A stretch of DNA of 62,000 nt from Chiloscyllium plagiosum (taxonomy: Eukaryota), in the NCBI RefSeq assembly GCF_004010195.1, contig NC_057754.1, positions 9,953,562 to 10,015,561 on the forward strand, read 5' to 3'. The notes under the pieces are model-generated. The model saw only the letters and a program-made list of their open reading frames with translations. It was not told the DNA's origin and did no database searches. The stretch's first letter is position 1, and the number at the start of each line of letters is the position of its first letter. Made by a program: the position numbers and the translations under genes. Positions 1 through 11,796 of this stretch are shown here, piece after piece.

Positions 1-666
1 CAGCAGGTAGTGAAGGCGGCTAATAGCATGCTGGCCTTCATAACAGGAGGGATTGAGTATAGAAGCAAAGAAGTTCTTCTGCAGTTGCACAGGGCCCTGG
101 TGAGACTGCACCTGGAGTATTGTGTGCAGTTCTGGTCTCCAAATTTGAGGAAAGACATTCTGGCTATTGAGGGAGTGCAGCGTAGGTTCACGAGGTCAAT
201 TCCTGGAATGGCGGGATTACCTTACACTGAAAGACTGTAGCGACTGGGCTTGTATACCCTTGAGTTTAGAAGACTGAGAGGGGATCTGATTGAGACATAT
301 AAGATTATTAAAGGATTGGACACTCTGGCAGCAGGAAACATGTTTCCGCTGATGGGTGAGTGCTGAACCAGAGGACACAGCTTAAAAATACGGGGTAGAC
401 CATTTAGGACAGAGATGAGGAGAAACTTCTTCACCCAAGAGTGGTGGCTGTGTGGAATGCTCTGCCCCAAAGGGCAGTGGTGGCCCAGTCTCTGGATTCA
501 TTTCAGAAAGAGTTGGATAGAGCTCTCAAAGATAGTGGAATCAAGGGTTATGGAGATAAGGCCGGAAGAGGATACTGATTAGGAATGATCAGCCATGATC
601 ATATTGAATGGCGGAGCAGGCTCGAGGGGCTGAATGGCCTACTCCTGCACCTATTGTCTATTGTCA
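1..666 (+). mobile_element. CR1-clade LINE, 3' end (ORF2 C-terminus, 3' UTR, (CTATTGT)n tail)
   Basis: ORF 10-240 contains LEYCVQFWSP...IEGVQRRFTR, typical of the CR1 ORF2 C-terminus; in-frame stops; ends GGGCTGAATGGCCTACTCCTGCACCTATTGTCTATTGTC. Confidence 0.9.
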
Positions 667-679
667 ATTATCTATTGTC

Positions 680-1120
680 TAAAACACCATTTGCTTTCTG
701 AACAACCCTATCCACTAGGGTGGCAACTTTGAGGGATCTATGTACTTGAACACCAAGATCCCTCTGTTCCTCCACACTGCCAAGAATCCTGTCTTTAATT
801 CTATGTTCAGCATTCGAGTTCGACCTTCCAAAATGCATCATGTCACATTTATCCAGGTTGAACTCCATTTACCATTTCTCAGCCCAGCTCTGCATCCTGT
901 CTCTGTCATGCTGCAGCCTGCAATAGCCCTTGGTACTATCAACGGTACCTCCAACCTTTATGTCATCTGCAGGACCCCACTCAACACTGACCTCCAGGCA
1001 GAATACTTTCCATCTACAACCACTCTCCGCCTTCAGTCAGCCAACCAATTCTGAATCCAGATAGCCACAACTCCCTGTATCCCATACTTCCTGACTTTAT
1101 AAATGAGCCTAACATGGGGA
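680..1120 (-). mobile_element. CR1 LINE ORF2 fragment
   Basis: ORF 668-868: MEFNLDKCDMMHFGRSN...QRDLGVQVHRSLKVA. Confidence 0.85.
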
Positions 1121-1489
1121 GGAGGTACTGGAGGTCTTGAGAGGCATAAAGGTAGATAAATCCCTGGAACCCAATCAACTATGTCCCAGGAGATTGTGGG
1201 AAGCTAAGGAAGAAATTGTAGGGACCCAGCAAAGGGATTTGTTTCATCTCTAACCACTGGTGGGATGGTGGAAGACTGGAGGGTGGTTAATGTTGTTTAT
1301 TTTTGAAAAGTCTGTAACGTGAAGCCCGGGAACTATATACTGGTGAGCCTGATAACAATGGTGGGTAAGCTGTTGAAGGGGATTCTGAAAGGTAAGAATT
1401 ACATTCATTTGGAATGGCAAGGACAGATTAGTCAGTTTTGTGCATAGGGAATTCGATCACACAAAGTTGGTTGAGTTAGAATTAGATGG

Positions 1490-1650
1490 AAGTGGATACT
1501 GCAGATTCTGGAGATTAGAGTGGTGCTGGAAAAGCACAGCAGGTCAGGTAGCATTCCTGATGAAGGGTGTTTGCCCGAAACGTCGATTTTCCTGCTCCTT
1601 AGATGCTGCCTGACCTGCTGTGCTTTTCCAGCACCACTCTAATCTTGACT
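1490..1650. mobile_element. Palindromic Penelope-like terminal fragment (family A)
   Basis: Inverted arms ~1511-1554 and ~1603-1645 flank a hammerhead-like core at 1557-1584. Confidence 0.75.
1557..1584 (+). ncRNA. Minimal hammerhead ribozyme motif (PLE family A)
   Basis: CTGATGA-A-GGGT-GTTT-GCCC-GAAACGTC: conserved CUGAUGA and GAAA boxes, stem II, ACGU palindrome, GUC triplet. Confidence 0.7.
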
Positions 1651-1973
1651 TAGATTAAGAATCCCTCCAGTGTGAGAACAGGCCCTTTGGCCCAACAAGT
1701 CCACACTGAAACTCTGAAGAGTAACCTACCCAGACCCATTCTCCTACACCTACCCCTGATGAATGCACTTAACCTACGCATCCCTGAACACTATGGGCAA
1801 TTTAGCATGACCAATTCATCTCACGTGCACATCTTTGGATCGTGGGAGGAAACCCTTGCAGACATGGGGAGATTGTTCAAACTCCACACAGACAGTCGCC
1901 CAAGGCTGGAATCGAACCTGAGCCTCTGGCACTATGAGGTAGCAGTGCTAACCACTGAGCCACCATGCCACCC
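1651..1973 (-). mobile_element. HE1-type tRNA-derived SINE
   Basis: Reverse strand starts GGGTGGCATGGTGGCTCAGTGGTTAGCACTGCT (A box) with a GGTTCGATTCC B box and a CR1-like 3' tail. Confidence 0.88.
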
Positions 1974-2789
1974 GAAAGTCTTTCTTGAGAACAAGGCAAA
2001 GACGATAGTTGAGGGCAGAGGGACAGATGTTGTCCACATGAACTTTAGGAGGGCCTTTGGCAAGGTTAGTAAAGCTAAATCACATCAGATCCAGGGACAC
2101 CTTGCCAATTGGATTCAAAATTGGCTTGCTAGCAGGAGATACAGGGTATTAGTGGAGGGTTGTTTTTTGGACTGGAAGCCTATGAGCAGTGGTATTCCAC
2201 AGAGATCGGTGTTCATTCCACTGTCATTTGTTATGTAAATGAATGATTTGGATGTGAATTTAGGAAGCATGGTTAGTAAGTTTGTGCATGAGAACACAAT
2301 TGGATGTAAAGCGAAGTGTGAGCAAGGTTATCTAAGAGGATGATAAGAATTGATCAATTGGGCCAATTTGCTGAGGTTTGGCTGATAGTTTTAATTTGAA
2401 TAAATGTCTGGTATTGCATTTTGGTAAGACAAACAAGGGCAGGACTTACACAGGTGATTGTAGGGCCCTGGGTAGTGTTTTCGAACAGAGAACTAGGGGT
2501 TCAGGTAGAGAGATCCTTGAATGTAGTGTCACAGGTAAAAGTGCGGTGAAGAAAGCATTAGTTACACTTACCTTCATTAGTCAGAGTACTGAGCACAGCG
2601 GCTGGGACATTATGGTTGCAGCTGTAAAGGACATTGGTGAGGCGACTTTTGGAGTATTGTGTCCAGTTCTGGTTGCCCTGTTATCAGAAGGATATTACTG
2701 AATTCAAAAGGTGGCCAGGAAGGACTTACAATGTTGTTACCGTGATTGGGGGGGGTTGAGTTCTAAGGAGAGGCTGGGTGGAATCATAG

Positions 2790-3060
2790 TATCACTGTGC
2801 AGATAGAGTCTGCACTAACTTTTCCAAAAAGAATCCAATCTCACCCAGCCTATTCACATAACCCCACAGTTATCATAGCTAACCCGTTGGGCTTGCACAA
2901 TCCTGGACATTATGGGCAATTTAGCATGGTCAATCCACCTGCACATCTTTGGACTATGGGTGGAGACCAGACCATCCGATACAAACCCACGCAGACACAG
3001 GGAGGATGTGCCAACTCCATACAGTCACCCAAATGGAATTGAATCCAGGATCCCTGGAAA
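2790..3060 (-). mobile_element. Degenerate HE1-related SINE
   Basis: Contains the core GGGCAATTTAGCATGGTCAATCCACCTGCACATCTTTGGACT shared with the other SINE copies. Confidence 0.7.
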
Positions 3061-3814
3061 AGTAAGGCAAGTTCATTCAGCCCTTTAGATTTTGTAGCAG
3101 CTTGATACAACTGAGCTATCTCATAGGCTAGTTCAGAGTCAAGCATTCATAAGTAACAATACACAAAGTAAAATTCCTGAACCAGGGTGACCAAGAATGA
3201 TTTTATGATCCTCATTAGACCCTCACATCTAGTTATAGATTTTAAATTAGTTATTGCTGTGTTGAGATTCTCATACCCTTTCCCCAGAGCTTTACCTTAT
3301 CACTGAATTTCTCAGCAAAGAACACACACTACACCATCGTTTACCATTCATCAGTTTGCCATCAATGGCCATTTCAATGTTTTCTTTTCAATTTCTGATT
3401 AATAGTTTAATATTCATATTGTACATGATGCGATGCAAGGAACTGTCACTGTCCCTTGCAGTGTTTTTTGTAGATAGTTGAGGCAACACTAACTTGGTGC
3501 AGTGTGAAACTAGCTGCTGATTGAGTGAGTACATATGAACTGGTGCTCTGTGCAAATCCAATTTCATCTGATTAGCTGACCTTTCTTAACAAAAGGTAAT
3601 CTGATTAAGGATATAATGTAAATGCAAAGATTGCTTTAAAAAGGAATCAGGAGAGCCAAGATGGTGGAAGGTAAAGCATTAATATGCAAAATTATCTGAA
3701 GCAAAAGGAAACTAGCATTGTATGGAAATAAAGAATAGAAATTAATTCCCAAACTGAGCATCCATGTGTTATTGGTATATTCACCATGTCATTCTCTTTC
3801 TTTTTTTTTTGCAG

Positions 3815-4719
3815 GCAATCTGGTGGCGATTGTGATTCTCTCCCGTGGAAAATGCGGTCTGTCTAAATGTATCACACGTTATCTGGTTGCTATGGCAGTG
3901 GCAGATCTATTTGTGATAATATTTGATGTCATATTGTATGAGATTAAAGGCATATATTTTTCCTATACATTTCTGGACTACACACCCATTTGTAGTCTTA
4001 ATATTGCCCTGGTTTTCACAGCAATTGATTGTTCTGTCTGGCTAACTGTTACTTTCACCTTTGATAGATTGATTGCCATTCGCTGCCAAAAGGTGAGGGA
4101 AAGGTATTGCACTGAAAGAACCGCGACCATAATTATAGCCACTGTGTTTGTATTGAGCATCATAGAAAACATTCCAATCTATTTTGAGAATGAACACCAG
4201 GAAATCATTGACAATATAAAGTGGTTCTGCAGTGTAAAATCAAACCTTTCAAATTTACCGATATGGGTAGCATACTTCTTCTTTGACATTACCTTAACCC
4301 CATTTCTACCATTTGTATTGATCGTGCTGCTGAATGCTTTGACCGTACAGCACATTATCCAGGCCAATGATGTTAGGAAAGGACTCCGAGGAAGCAAAAA
4401 CTGTGATGATCCTAATGACCCGGAGATGGAGAATCGGAGGAAATCGATCATATTATTGCTGGCTATCTCCACCTGCTTTATACTCTTATGGATGATAACT
4501 TTTGTACATTTTGTTTGCACACAATTTGCTGGCATTCAGTTTATGCTTACAGATTATAGTGACCCCTTTGCCATCATGGAACATACTGGATACATGCTGC
4601 AGTGTTTGAGTTCCTGCACAAACACCATTATTTATGCAGTGGCACAGTCTAGGTTCAGAGAAGAATTGAAGAAAATCGTTAAATATCCTTTCACTTTGAT
4701 TAAGTTTGCTTTTTCATAA
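3815..4719 (+). CDS. GPR139-like orphan class A GPCR, 3' coding exon (end of TM1 to C-terminus); short first exon not found in the window
   Basis: Polypyrimidine tract plus AG at 3813-3814 (phase-1 intron); open frame GNLVAIVILSR...LVAMAVADLF (TM2)...FTFDRLIAI (DRY variant)...LTPFLPF (TM5)...CTNTIIY (NPxxY variant)...FREEL (helix 8); TAA at 4717-4719. Confidence 0.88.
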
Positions 4720-4797
4720 TTCTAAAATGAAATGGCACCCAATCTCAGAAGTTAACCAACGTCGATTAAAATATGTTCTCTGAATCCATTGACGAGC

Positions 4798-4912
4798 TTT
4801 CTTTCTCTCTCTCTCTCCTTTCTAATTTTCCTTCTCACTCTCATTCTCCCTCTCACCCTCCCTTCCTATCTTTGCCTCTCTCTCTCTCTCACTCTCTCTC
4901 TCTCTCTCTTTC
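4798..4912 (+). repeat. Imperfect (TC)n microsatellite
   Basis: CT-rich run with pure (TC)n stretches. Confidence 0.85.
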
Positions 4913-5223
4913 GATCTCTAACTTTCTTCTCTGCAAACTCTTTTCATGAAATACTGAATGGAGTAAAACGCAGACAAAATACAGATTCATTGTGACAAGT
5001 AGCAGGCAACATTCTTGCCAAACAAGTGCCAGGCATTACCATCTCAAACAATCATCACCTGTTGTACTTTAATGGATGCAACATTGTTGAGTCCTGCATC
5101 AACAAAAGTTAGAATTGATATTGACCAGAAATCGAATTCAACCAGCCATATCAATACTACAGCCGCATCACAGGCTAGGATTCTGCAGCGAGGAACTCAA
5201 CTCATGATTATCAAAAGCAAGGC

Positions 5224-5352
5224 AGAAGTGGGTACTGCAGATGCTGGAGATTAGAGTCAAGATTAGTGTGGTGCTGGCAAAGCACAGCAGGTCAAACAGC
5301 ATCCGAGGAGCAGGAAAATCAATGTTTCAGGTAAAAGCCCTTCATCAGGAAG
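5224..5352 (-). mobile_element. PLE family A terminal fragment inside an old LINE remnant (~5015-5465)
   Basis: Reverse strand CTGATGAAGGGCTTTTACCTGAAACATTG..., a CpG-decayed version of the hammerhead motif plus the family A tail. Confidence 0.75.
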
Positions 5353-5465
5353 CAAGTCCACTATCAACATGGCACTGATTCGAAGGGTGACTGAATGCTC
5401 CCCAATTGCCTGGAAGAGTGCAGAACCACCACCACTTAAAAAAGCTTGATACCATCCAGGACAAG

Positions 5466-6222
5466 CATAGAATAGTACAGGCCCTTTGGCCCTCAATGTT
5501 GTGTCAGCCTTTCAACCTACTCTAAGATCAAACCAACCAACATACCCTTCATTTTACTATCATCCATGTGCCTATCCAAGAGTCACTTTAATGTCTCTAA
5601 TGTATCTGACTCTACTACCACTGCTGGCAGTGCATTCCACGCACCCACCACTCTGCATAAAGAACCTACCTCTGACATCTCCCCCATACCTTCCTCCAAT
5701 CGTCTTAAAATTATGCCCTCTCATGACAGTCATTCCTGCCCTGGGAAAAAGTCTCTGACTATCCATCCTATCTGTGCTTCTCACCATCTTGTACACCTCT
5801 ATCAAGTCACCTCTCATTCTTCTTCACTCCAATGAGAAAAGCCCTCGCTCCCTCAACCTTTCTTCATAAGACATGCCCTCCAGTCCAGGCAGCATCCTGT
5901 TAAATCTCCTCTGTGCACTCTCTAAAGCTTCCACATCCTTCCCATAATGAGGCGATCAGAACTGAACACAATATTCCAAGTGTGGTCTAACCAAGGTGTT
6001 ATAGAGCAGCAGCATAACCTCATAGCTCTTAAACCCAATCCCCCGCTAATGAAAGCCAACACACCGTATACCTTCTTAACAACCCTATCAACTTCAGTGG
6101 CAACTTTGAGGGATCTATGGGCGTGGACCCCAAGATCTCTCTTATTCTCCATATTGCCAAGAATCCTGCCTTTAACTCTGTGTTCTGCATTCAAATTCAA
6201 CCTTCCAAAGTGAATCACTTCA
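5466..6222 (-). mobile_element. CR1 LINE 3' fragment
   Basis: ORF 5572-5817: MRGDLIEVYKMVR...RGHNFK...FFMQ. Confidence 0.88.
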
Positions 6223-8445
6223 TATGTACAACAAAGAACGAACAAAAGAAAATTACAGCACAGAAACAGGCCCTTCGGCCCTCCAAGCCTGCGCTGATCC
6301 AGATTCTCTATCTTAACCTGCTGCCTATTTTCTAAGGGTCTGTATCCCTCTGTCCTCTGTCCATTCATGCATCTATATACATTTTAAATGATGCTATTGT
6401 TCCTGCACCTACCACCTCCAGGCACCCACCACCCTCTGCGTGAAGAACTTTCCCCATATATCTCCCCTAAACTTTCCCCTTTCACTTTGAGCTCATGACC
6501 CCTAGTAAATGAATCCCCCATCTTGCTATCCATCCTGTCTACACCTCTCATGATTTTGTAGGGCTCAATCAGGTCCCCCCTCAATCTTCTTCTTTCCAAT
6601 GAAAATAATGCTAACCTACTCAACCTCTCCTAATAGCTAGCACCCTCCATATCAGGCAACATCCTGCTGAACCTCCTCTGCACCCTCTCCAGAGCATCCA
6701 CATCCTTTTGGTAATGTAGCAACCAGAACTGTACCCAGTATTCCAAATGTGGCCAAACCAAAGTCTTATTCAACTGCAACATGACCTGCCAACTCTTGTA
6801 CTCAATACACCGTCCGATGAACGAAAGTGAGCTGTATAACTTCTTGACCACTCTATTGACCTGCGTTGCCACCTTCAGGGAACAATGGACCTGAACACCC
6901 AGATCTCTCTGTCCATCAATTTTCCATTTACTGTACAGTTGGTTCTTGAATTAAATCTTCCAAAATGCATCACCTCATATTTGTCCAGATTGAACTCCGT
7001 CTGCCATTTCTCTGCCTAACTCTCCAATTGATCTATATTCTGCTGTATTCTCTGACAGTCCTTCTCACTACCTGCTACTCCACCAATCTTAGTGTCATCT
7101 GAAAACTTGCTAATGAGGCAACCTACACCTTCCTCCAAATAATTTATGTATATCACAAACAACAGTGGTCCCAGCACAGATCCCTATGGAACACCACTGG
7201 TCACTGGTCTCCATTTTGAGAAGCTCCCTTCCATTACTACTCTCTGTCTCCTGTTGACTAATAAGTTCTCTACCCATCTCGCTAGAACATCCTGGACCCC
7301 CCCCCCCCCAACCCCGTGACTTCACCTTCTCCATCAGCCTACCATGGGGGACCTTATCAAATGCCTTACTAAAGTCCATGTATGTGACATCTACATCCCT
7401 TTCATCATCAATCAACTTCATCACCTCTTCAAATCATTCTATTAGGTTTGTAAGACATGACCTTCCATGCACAAAATCATGTTGCCTATCACTGATAAGC
7501 CCATTTTCCTCCAAAATGGGTATATATCCTATCCCTCAGTTTCTTCTCCAGTAGCTTCCCTACTACTGACGTCAGGCTCACCAGTCTATAATTACCTGGA
7601 TTATCCCTGCTACCCTTCTTAAATAAGGGGACATTAGAAATTCCCCAGTCCTCTGCGACCTCCCCATCTTCAAGGATGCTGCAAAGATATCTGTTAAGAC
7701 CCCAGCTATTTCCTCTCTCACTTCCCTCAATAACCTGGGATAGATCCCATCCAGACCTGGGGATTTGTCCATCTTAATCCTTTTGGAATACCCAACACTT
7801 CCTCTCTCCTTATGCCAACTTGGCCTAAACTAATTAAAGATCTATCCCTAACCTCAACATCCGCCATGTCATTCTCCTCGGTGAATATCTATGCAAAGTA
7901 CTCATTAAGAATCTCACCCATTTTCTCTGACTCCATGCATATCTTTCCTCCTTTGTCCTTGAGTGGGCCAACCCTTTCCCTAGTTACCCTCTTGCTGCTT
8001 ATATATGAATAAAAGGCTTTGTGGTTTTCCTTAACCCTGCTCGCTGAGGATATCGCATGACACTTTTTAGCCCTCTTAATTCCTCATTTCAAATTGGTCC
8101 TACTTCCCCGATATTCTTCCAAAGCTTCGTCTGTCTTCAGTCGCCTACACCTTATGTAAGCATTCTTTTTCTGCTGAGCTAGTCTCACAATTTCACCTGT
8201 TCCCTAATCTTGCCATTTCTATCCCTTATTTTCACAGGAACATGTCTTTTCTGCACTCTAATCAACCTCTCTTTAAAAGTCCCCCCACATATCAAATGTG
8301 GATTCACCTTCAAACAGCTGCTCCCAATCTACATTCCCCAGCTCCTGCCGAACTTTGGTATAGTTGGCCATCCCCCAATTTAGCACTCTTCCTTTCGGAC
8401 CACTCTCCTCCTTGTCCAAGAGTATTCTAAAACTTATGGAATTGA

Positions 8446-9368
8446 TGAAGATCTGGACTCCCCAGAGGTCTCTCTGTTCCACAATCGGTCAATAAACACT
8501 AGCAATTCAGTCTGGCTCTGTCAGATTTCACACTTTATTCAATCTTGGCCGGGCACAGGTTGTCCAGCAACACAGACATTAAACATTTCTGTGTCCCTCA
8601 GAGAAATTGCTGCACATGGTTTAAGACAAAGACATTTTTGTATCTTTTTTGAAAAGAGCAGATTCAAACAATTCCGAATCAAATTTAATAAAATGACATT
8701 ATTAACAGCAGCTTAACCCAATGATATTTCCTGGGAACCAACTTTGTTTTACACATCCAAGCTTCTTTATCTCCTTCTGCACCTGTGTTTGCAAGGTCAG
8801 TTAGGATGGCTAGTAATGCAGCACGGTGGCTCAGTGGTTAGCACTGCTGCCTCACAGTACCAGGAAGCCGGTTTGATTCCTGTATCGGGCGACTCTCTGT
8901 GTGGAGTTTGCACATTCTTCCTGTGTCCGTGTGGGTTTTCTCCATGTGCTCCGGTTTCCTCCCACAGTCCAAAGATGTGTAGGTTAGGTGATTTGGCCAT
9001 AGTGTTAGGTGCATTAGTCAGGAGTAAATGTAGGGGAATGGGTCTGGGTGGGTTACTCTTTGGAGGGTCGCTCTGAACTTGTTGGGCTGAAGGGCCTGTT
9101 TCCACACTGTAGGGACTCTTATTTAGTCTAGTTATTTCTATGCTGTAAAGGAAGCATTATTTGCTAATCTCTGTTACAGTACCCTATGGTTAATTCAGGA
9201 ATGCAGCTTTTTGCAGTGTTAAAAGCCATTTTAAGCAGATTTGTCAATTTGCAGCCTAGAAGCCACTTTGTCATGTTACTTGCATTAGGAAGCCATTTTG
9301 TTGTTAGTAAGAGCATGTATTAAATGGTTTTTCCTGACAACAGCTGGTATTCAGATTTCAGATCCTCA
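8446..9368 (-). mobile_element. Solo LTR (probably ERV-type) containing a SINE
   Basis: TG...CA ends with imperfect inverted termini (TGAAGATCTGGACTC vs reverse complement TGAGGATCTGAAATC); 4-bp TSD TTGA/TTGT; minus-strand AATAAA at 8534-8539; host CR1 resumes exactly at 9369. Confidence 0.75.
8818..9130 (+). mobile_element. HE1-type SINE
   Basis: GCAGCACGGTGGCTCAGTGGTTAGCACTGCTGCCTCACAG...GAAGGGCCTGTTTCCACACTGTA. Confidence 0.9.
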
Positions 9369-9525
9369 TTGTGATCACTATTCCCAAAATAATCCCCTTC
9401 TGAAACTTCAACCACATGGTCGGGCTCATTTCCCAACACCAGGTCTAGTATGGCCCCTTCACGAGTTGGACTATTTACATACTGCTATATAAAACCATCC
9501 TGGATGCTCCTTACAAATTCTGCTG

Positions 9526-10380
9526 CTCGAAGGTAGAAGACAGAGGGTGGTGGTGGAGGGTTGTTTTTCACACTGGAGGCCTGTGACCTGTGGAGTGCCA
9601 CAAGGATCGGTGCTGGGCCCTCTACTTTGTGTCATTTACATAAATGATTTGGATGCGAGCATAAGAGGTACAGCTAGTAAGTTTGCAGATGACACCAAAA
9701 TTGGAGGTGTAGTGGACAGCGAAGAGGGTTACCTCAGATTACAGCAGGATCTGGACCAGATGGGCCAATGGGCTGAGAAGTGGCAGATGGAGTTTAATTC
9801 AGATAAATGTGAGGTGCTGCATTTGGGGAAAGCAAATCTTAGTAAGGTCCTCGGGAGTGTTGCTGAACAAAAAGACTTTGGAGTGCAGGTTCATATTCCT
9901 TGAAAATAGAGTCACAGGTAGATAGGAGAGTGAAGAAGGCGTTTAGTATGTTTTCTTTTATTGGTCAGAGTATTGAGTACAGGGGTTGGGAGGTCATGTT
10001 GCGGCTTTACAGGACATTGGTTAGGCCACTGTTGGAATATTGTGTGCAATTCTGGTCTCCTTCCTATCGGAAAGATGTTGTGAAACTTGAAAGGGTTTGG
10101 AAAAGATTTATAAGGATGTTGCCAGGGTTGGAGGATCTGAGCTACAGGGAGAGGCTGAACGGGCTGGGGCTGTTTTCCATGGAGCGCGGAGGCTGAGGGG
10201 TGACCTTATAGAGGTTTACAAAACTATGAGGGGCATGCATAGGATAAATAGGCAAAGTCTTTTCCCTGGGGGCCGGGTGCTGGCAGGTGGGACTAGATTG
10301 GGTTGGGATATCTGGTCGGCATGGACGGGTTGGGCCAAAGGGTCTGTTTCCATGCGGTACATCTCTATGACTCTATGACT
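9526..10380 (+). mobile_element. 5'-truncated CR1 (HER1-like) with TCTATGAC tail
   Basis: ORF 9547-9903: GVPQGSVLGPLL...KFADDTK; tail TCTATGACTCTATGACT. Confidence 0.92.
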
Positions 10381-11796
10381 CCAGACCTCTAACACATAAG
10401 TGAATCCCAGTCAATATTGGGAAAACTAAAATCTCCTATCACCACCACCCTATTGCTCCTACATCTTTCTATGATCAGTTTACATATTTGTACCTCTATC
10501 TCACATTCGCTGTCGGGAGGCCTGTAGTACAGCCCCAACATTCTTACTGCACCCTAACCTTTTTCTGAGCCTTTGCCCATATTGCCTCACTGCTTGAGTC
10601 ATCCATAGTGCACTCCTTCAGTACAGCTGTGATCTCCTCTCTGACCAGTAATGCAACTCCTCCACCCCATTTGCCTCCCTCTCTATCCTGCCTGAAGCAT
10701 CCATATCCTGGGATATTTAGTTGCTAGTTATGCCCTTCCCTCAACCTAGTCTCAGAAATAGCAGTAACAGCATACTCCCAGGTACTAATCCAGGCCCTAA
10801 GTTCATCTGCCTTACCTACTATACTTCTCACATTAAAACAAATGCACCTCAGACCACCAGTCCCTCTGCGTTCATCCTCCACTCCCTGCCTACTCTTCCC
10901 CTTAGTCACGCTAACTTCATTATCTAGTTCCTTGCAGGCTTTAGTTACTACCTCCTTACTGTCCACAAACCCCTGCCACATTAGTTTAAACCTCCCTAAC
11001 AGCGTTAGTCAAAGCACCCCCTAGGAAATTTGTTCCAGTCCAGTCCAAGTGTAGACCGTCCAATTTGTAATGGTCCCACCTTCCCCCAGGACTGGTCCCA
11101 ATGTCCCAAAAATCTGAACTCCTCCCTCCTGCACCATGTCTCAAGCCACACATTCATCCTGCTTATTCTATCATTCCTACTCTGATTAGCATGTGACACT
11201 GGTCGCAATCCTGAGATTACGACCTCTGAGGTCCTGCTTTTTAACTTGACTCTTAACTCCCTAAATTCTGCTTGTAGGACCTTATCCCGTTTTTTTACCA
11301 ATCTCATTGATGCCTATATGCACCACGACAGCTGGCTGTTCACCCTCCTCCTTCAGAATGTTCTGCAGTCCATCCGAGACATCCCTGACCCATGGAGGCA
11401 ACGTACCATTCGGGAGTCTCATTTTTGACAACAGAACTGCCTATCTACTCCACCTTCAATTGAATCCCCAATGGCTATAACCTTCCAATCTTTTCCCGCT
11501 CTTCTCTGTAGCAGAGCCAGCCAGGGTGCCACAAACCTGGCTACTGCTGCCTTCCCCTTGTGAGCCATCTCCCCCAACGGTATCCAAAATGGTGTACCTG
11601 TTTTGGAGGGAGATGACTGCAGGAGACATCTGCACTGCCTTCCTGCTCTTTCCCTGCCTTTTGGTCACTCATTCCCTTTCTCCCTCAGCAATCCTGGTCT
11701 GTGGTGTGACCATTCACTAAATGACCTCCTCAGCATCGCAGATGCTCCAAAGTGAGTCCATCCGCAGCTCCAGAGCCACCATGCGATCTAACAAGA

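Larger units (their letters stand above)
1121..2780 (+). mobile_element. Decayed CR1 ORF2 (RT) interrupted by a PLE palindrome and a SINE
   Basis: RT motifs (DVVHMNFRRAFGKV, WIQNWL, GIPQRSV) run on either side of the 1490-1973 insertions. Confidence 0.8.
6228..11790 (-). mobile_element. Long decayed CR1 LINE (ORF1 esterase region, endonuclease, RT, 3' UTR) interrupted by a solo LTR and another CR1
   Basis: Collinear fragments: 3' UTR at ~6230, YMDFSKAFDKVPH at ~7380, KSPGLDGIYPRLL at ~7760, CICFNVRSIVGK/VTAISET at ~10750-10850, SGNH-like ORF1 at 10985-11480. Confidence 0.88.

Noticed and set aside
3766..3814. ORF-track N-terminus MLLVYSPCHSLSFFFA of the GPCR
   Set aside because: Non-ATG start running through a polypyrimidine tract and splice acceptor; it is intron sequence.
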